DNA of 64,000 nucleotides from an uncultured delta proteobacterium (GTDB lineage: Bacteria; Desulfobacterota; Binatia; UBA9968), in NCBI GenBank assembly GCA_963771465.1, contig CAVYTU010000011.1, forward strand, positions 64,001-128,000. The letters run 5' to 3'. This document shows positions 62,378 through 64,000 of this stretch, one piece after another. Each line of letters starts with the position of its first letter. Position 1 is the first letter of the stretch. The notes below the pieces were generated by a model, which had not been told where the DNA came from, did no database searches, and saw only the letters and a program-made list of their open reading frames with translations. A program made the position numbers and the translations under genes.

Positions 62378-63415
62378 CTACCGAGGTGGCAACGGTCCCG
62401 CTCCGATCAGTTTCTTGAAGATCTCGATAACGTCGGGATCACGGGGAATGTCTCTTATCGCCCGCTCGTTGTCTTCGGGCAAGAGCGGCGTTGCGTCCTC
62501 GCCGGTTAGCTTCTTATACTCGCGGGCGAATTCCGGGTCCTTAAAAGTTTTACGAAAGGCTTCTTGAAGAATCGCGACGCGATCCTTCGGCGTGCCCGGC
62601 GGCAGCACGTTGGGCGTGCCGCTAAGTCTAAACGAGCGCGCCAAGATGACCAGCTTGCGCTCCCTGTCCGATTTGGCGAAACTTTCTAGCTCGGGTAAAT
62701 GGGCGAACTGCGGATGCTTGTCTCCCTTGGGAGCTTCGATGATGGCATGAAAGTCGACTAGGCCTTTTTCAATCCAGTCGCGGTTGCGCAGGACGACAGC
62801 GTCAGCGGAGCTCGATCGGGCATCGATCTCGCCGCGCATCAAGGCGATGTCCAACTCCGGGCCGCTGTAGCTGGCAATGAACTTGGGATCGTTCAAGCCG
62901 ATTATATAGGCGAACAGGCGGCCTTCATTATAGTTAACGAACCCCACCGATTGGGCGCCGACCCTGACTCCAGTCGTGGCGCGAAGTTTTTCAATGCTGC
63001 TGAAACCGGCTTCTTTGCGGGTTACGAACAGGCCATGATACTGGCTGTACGGCGAGCCCATGTAGGAAAATTTGCTGTAGTCGTAAAGAATCCCCGAATC
63101 GCCCAGTACTGCTGAGGAAATCATGGCGACGCCTGGATTAGCCAGAGTCAGACCATCCGGGCGTGCGGAGTTATAAATATGATTGGCCGCCTTGCGCCCG
63201 CCACCACCCGGCATGTACTCGCTCACTAGCGTTGGGTTGCCGGGAATGTATCTTTGCAGAAACGGAAACAAAGCCCGGACGCGCAGGTCACCCGTACCGC
63301 CGGGGTCGCGGCCTTGGATGATCGTGATGGTCTTGCCCTGATAGAATAGGCTCTGGGCAGACGCGGCGGTCAACGAGAATAAAATGTAAGTGACGAGAAC
63401 AAACGTCTTTAGCAT
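62378..63415 (-). CDS. TctC/Bug-like receptor
   Basis: ATG 63415 with RBS AAGGAGG; FYQGKTI, YMPGGGG, GEIDAR, GPLPPR. Confidence 0.9.
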   Translation of the reverse strand: MLKTFVLVTYILFSLTAASAQSLFYQGKTITIIQGRDPGGTGDLRVRALFPFLQRYIPGNPTLVSEYMPGGGGRKAANHIYNSARPDGLTLANPGVAMISSAVLGDSGILYDYSKFSYMGSPYSQYHGLFVTRKEAGFSSIEKLRATTGVRVGAQSVGFVNYNEGRLFAYIIGLNDPKFIASYSGPELDIALMRGEIDARSSSADAVVLRNRDWIEKGLVDFHAIIEAPKGDKHPQFAHLPELESFAKSDRERKLVILARSFRLSGTPNVLPPGTPKDRVAILQEAFRKTFKDPEFAREYKKLTGEDATPLLPEDNERAIRDIPRDPDVIEIFKKLIGAGPLPPR

Positions 63416-63432
63416 GTTCCCTCCTTCGGCGC

Positions 63433-63509
63433 GTTCAAACCGTTCAATCCCCGCATGGTGGGCTTGTCGTACCATACGTTCCGTTCAAAACGTTTAGAAC
63501 GGCTTGAAC
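63433..63509. repeat. GTTCAA/TTGAAC inverted repeat with nested ATGGT..CTTGTCG.ACCAT REP-like core
   Basis: gttcaaaccgttcaat-...atggtgggcttgtcgtaccat...-gttcaaaacgtttagaacggcttgaac. Confidence 0.75.
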
Positions 63510-63519
63510 GCTGCTCGGC

Positions 63520-64000
63520 TTAGCGTGGCGGCAGCGGGTCTGCGCCGGAAACTTTTCTTAGCATGTCTTGCACCTCAACATCCCTCGGCATTTCCCGCAC
63601 GATCTTAGCCAAGTCGGCGGCGTTGAGAGGCGAAGGATCATCGTCCACCAATTTGCGAAAATACTTCGGGAACTCGGGATCGTTGAAGGTCTTGCGCATC
63701 GCCTCTTCGAGTATGGCGACGCGTTCCTTCGGCGTTCCCGGCGGCGCGACGTAAGGCGAGCCAACGCCACGAAAAGCGCGCCAAAGCCCAAGCAGTTTGC
63801 GCTCCCGTTCGTTCTTCACGAAGCTCTCGATTTCCGGCAAGTGGGCGAGTCGAGGATGTTTGAGCCCTCTGGGAATTTCCATGATCGCATGAAAGTTCAT
63901 TATCTTCTTTTCGAACCACTCGGGATTTCGCCGCAGGACGGATATTGCCGCATTGGCGCGCGCGTCGAGTTCGCGGTTCATTAGCGCGACATCGACTTCT
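63520..64000 (-). CDS. TctC/Bug-like receptor (partial; 5' end beyond the window)
   Basis: ELDARAN, FHAIMEIPRG.KHP, PPGTP, DPLPPR. Confidence 0.88.
   Translation of the reverse strand, partial: EVDVALMNRELDARANAAISVLRRNPEWFEKKIMNFHAIMEIPRGLKHPRLAHLPEIESFVKNERERKLLGLWRAFRGVGSPYVAPPGTPKERVAILEEAMRKTFNDPEFPKYFRKLVDDDPSPLNAADLAKIVREMPRDVEVQDMLRKVSGADPLPPR

Noticed and set aside
55535-63509. GTTCAA/TTGAAC repeats as a CRISPR array
   Set aside because: The units are 9-bp periodic and inverted and are separated by whole genes, not by 30-40-nt unique spacers; no cas genes are present

Overview
A 64-kb chromosomal window from a bacterium of about 55-58% GC. The gene content suggests an uncultured soil/sediment deltaproteobacterium-like organism such as Ca. 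Binatia; this is inferred from the expansion of orphan substrate-binding proteins, not from a marker gene. Scattered single-base frameshifts in otherwise intact genes look like long-read consensus errors. From left to right the window holds: a Zn/Mn uptake operon (porin plus ABC, permease fused to a lipoprotein-like domain); an enamidase-like amidohydrolase and an LLM oxidoreductase; a response regulator and hybrid kinase behind a sigma-54-type promoter, followed by a decayed copy of the kinase; gloA; a GH19 muramidase with a secreted partner; a Wzz/GumC-like membrane protein fused to a catalytically dead tyrosine-recombinase domain; nth, a radical SAM gene, an MFS transporter and an Mla/MCE operon; catabolic genes (flavoprotein, hydantoinase A/B, Mo-hydroxylase large subunit, M24 enzyme); a REP-bounded tandem pair of hypervariable PF04392-type binding proteins; a selenoprotein GrdB/GrdE-like reductase pair with an in-frame UGA and SECIS hairpin; a lone integron cassette with attC; and a TctA/TctB transporter with seven TctC/Bug-like receptors separated by periodic inverted repeats. 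No rRNA, tRNA, CRISPR array, transposase or prophage was recognised.
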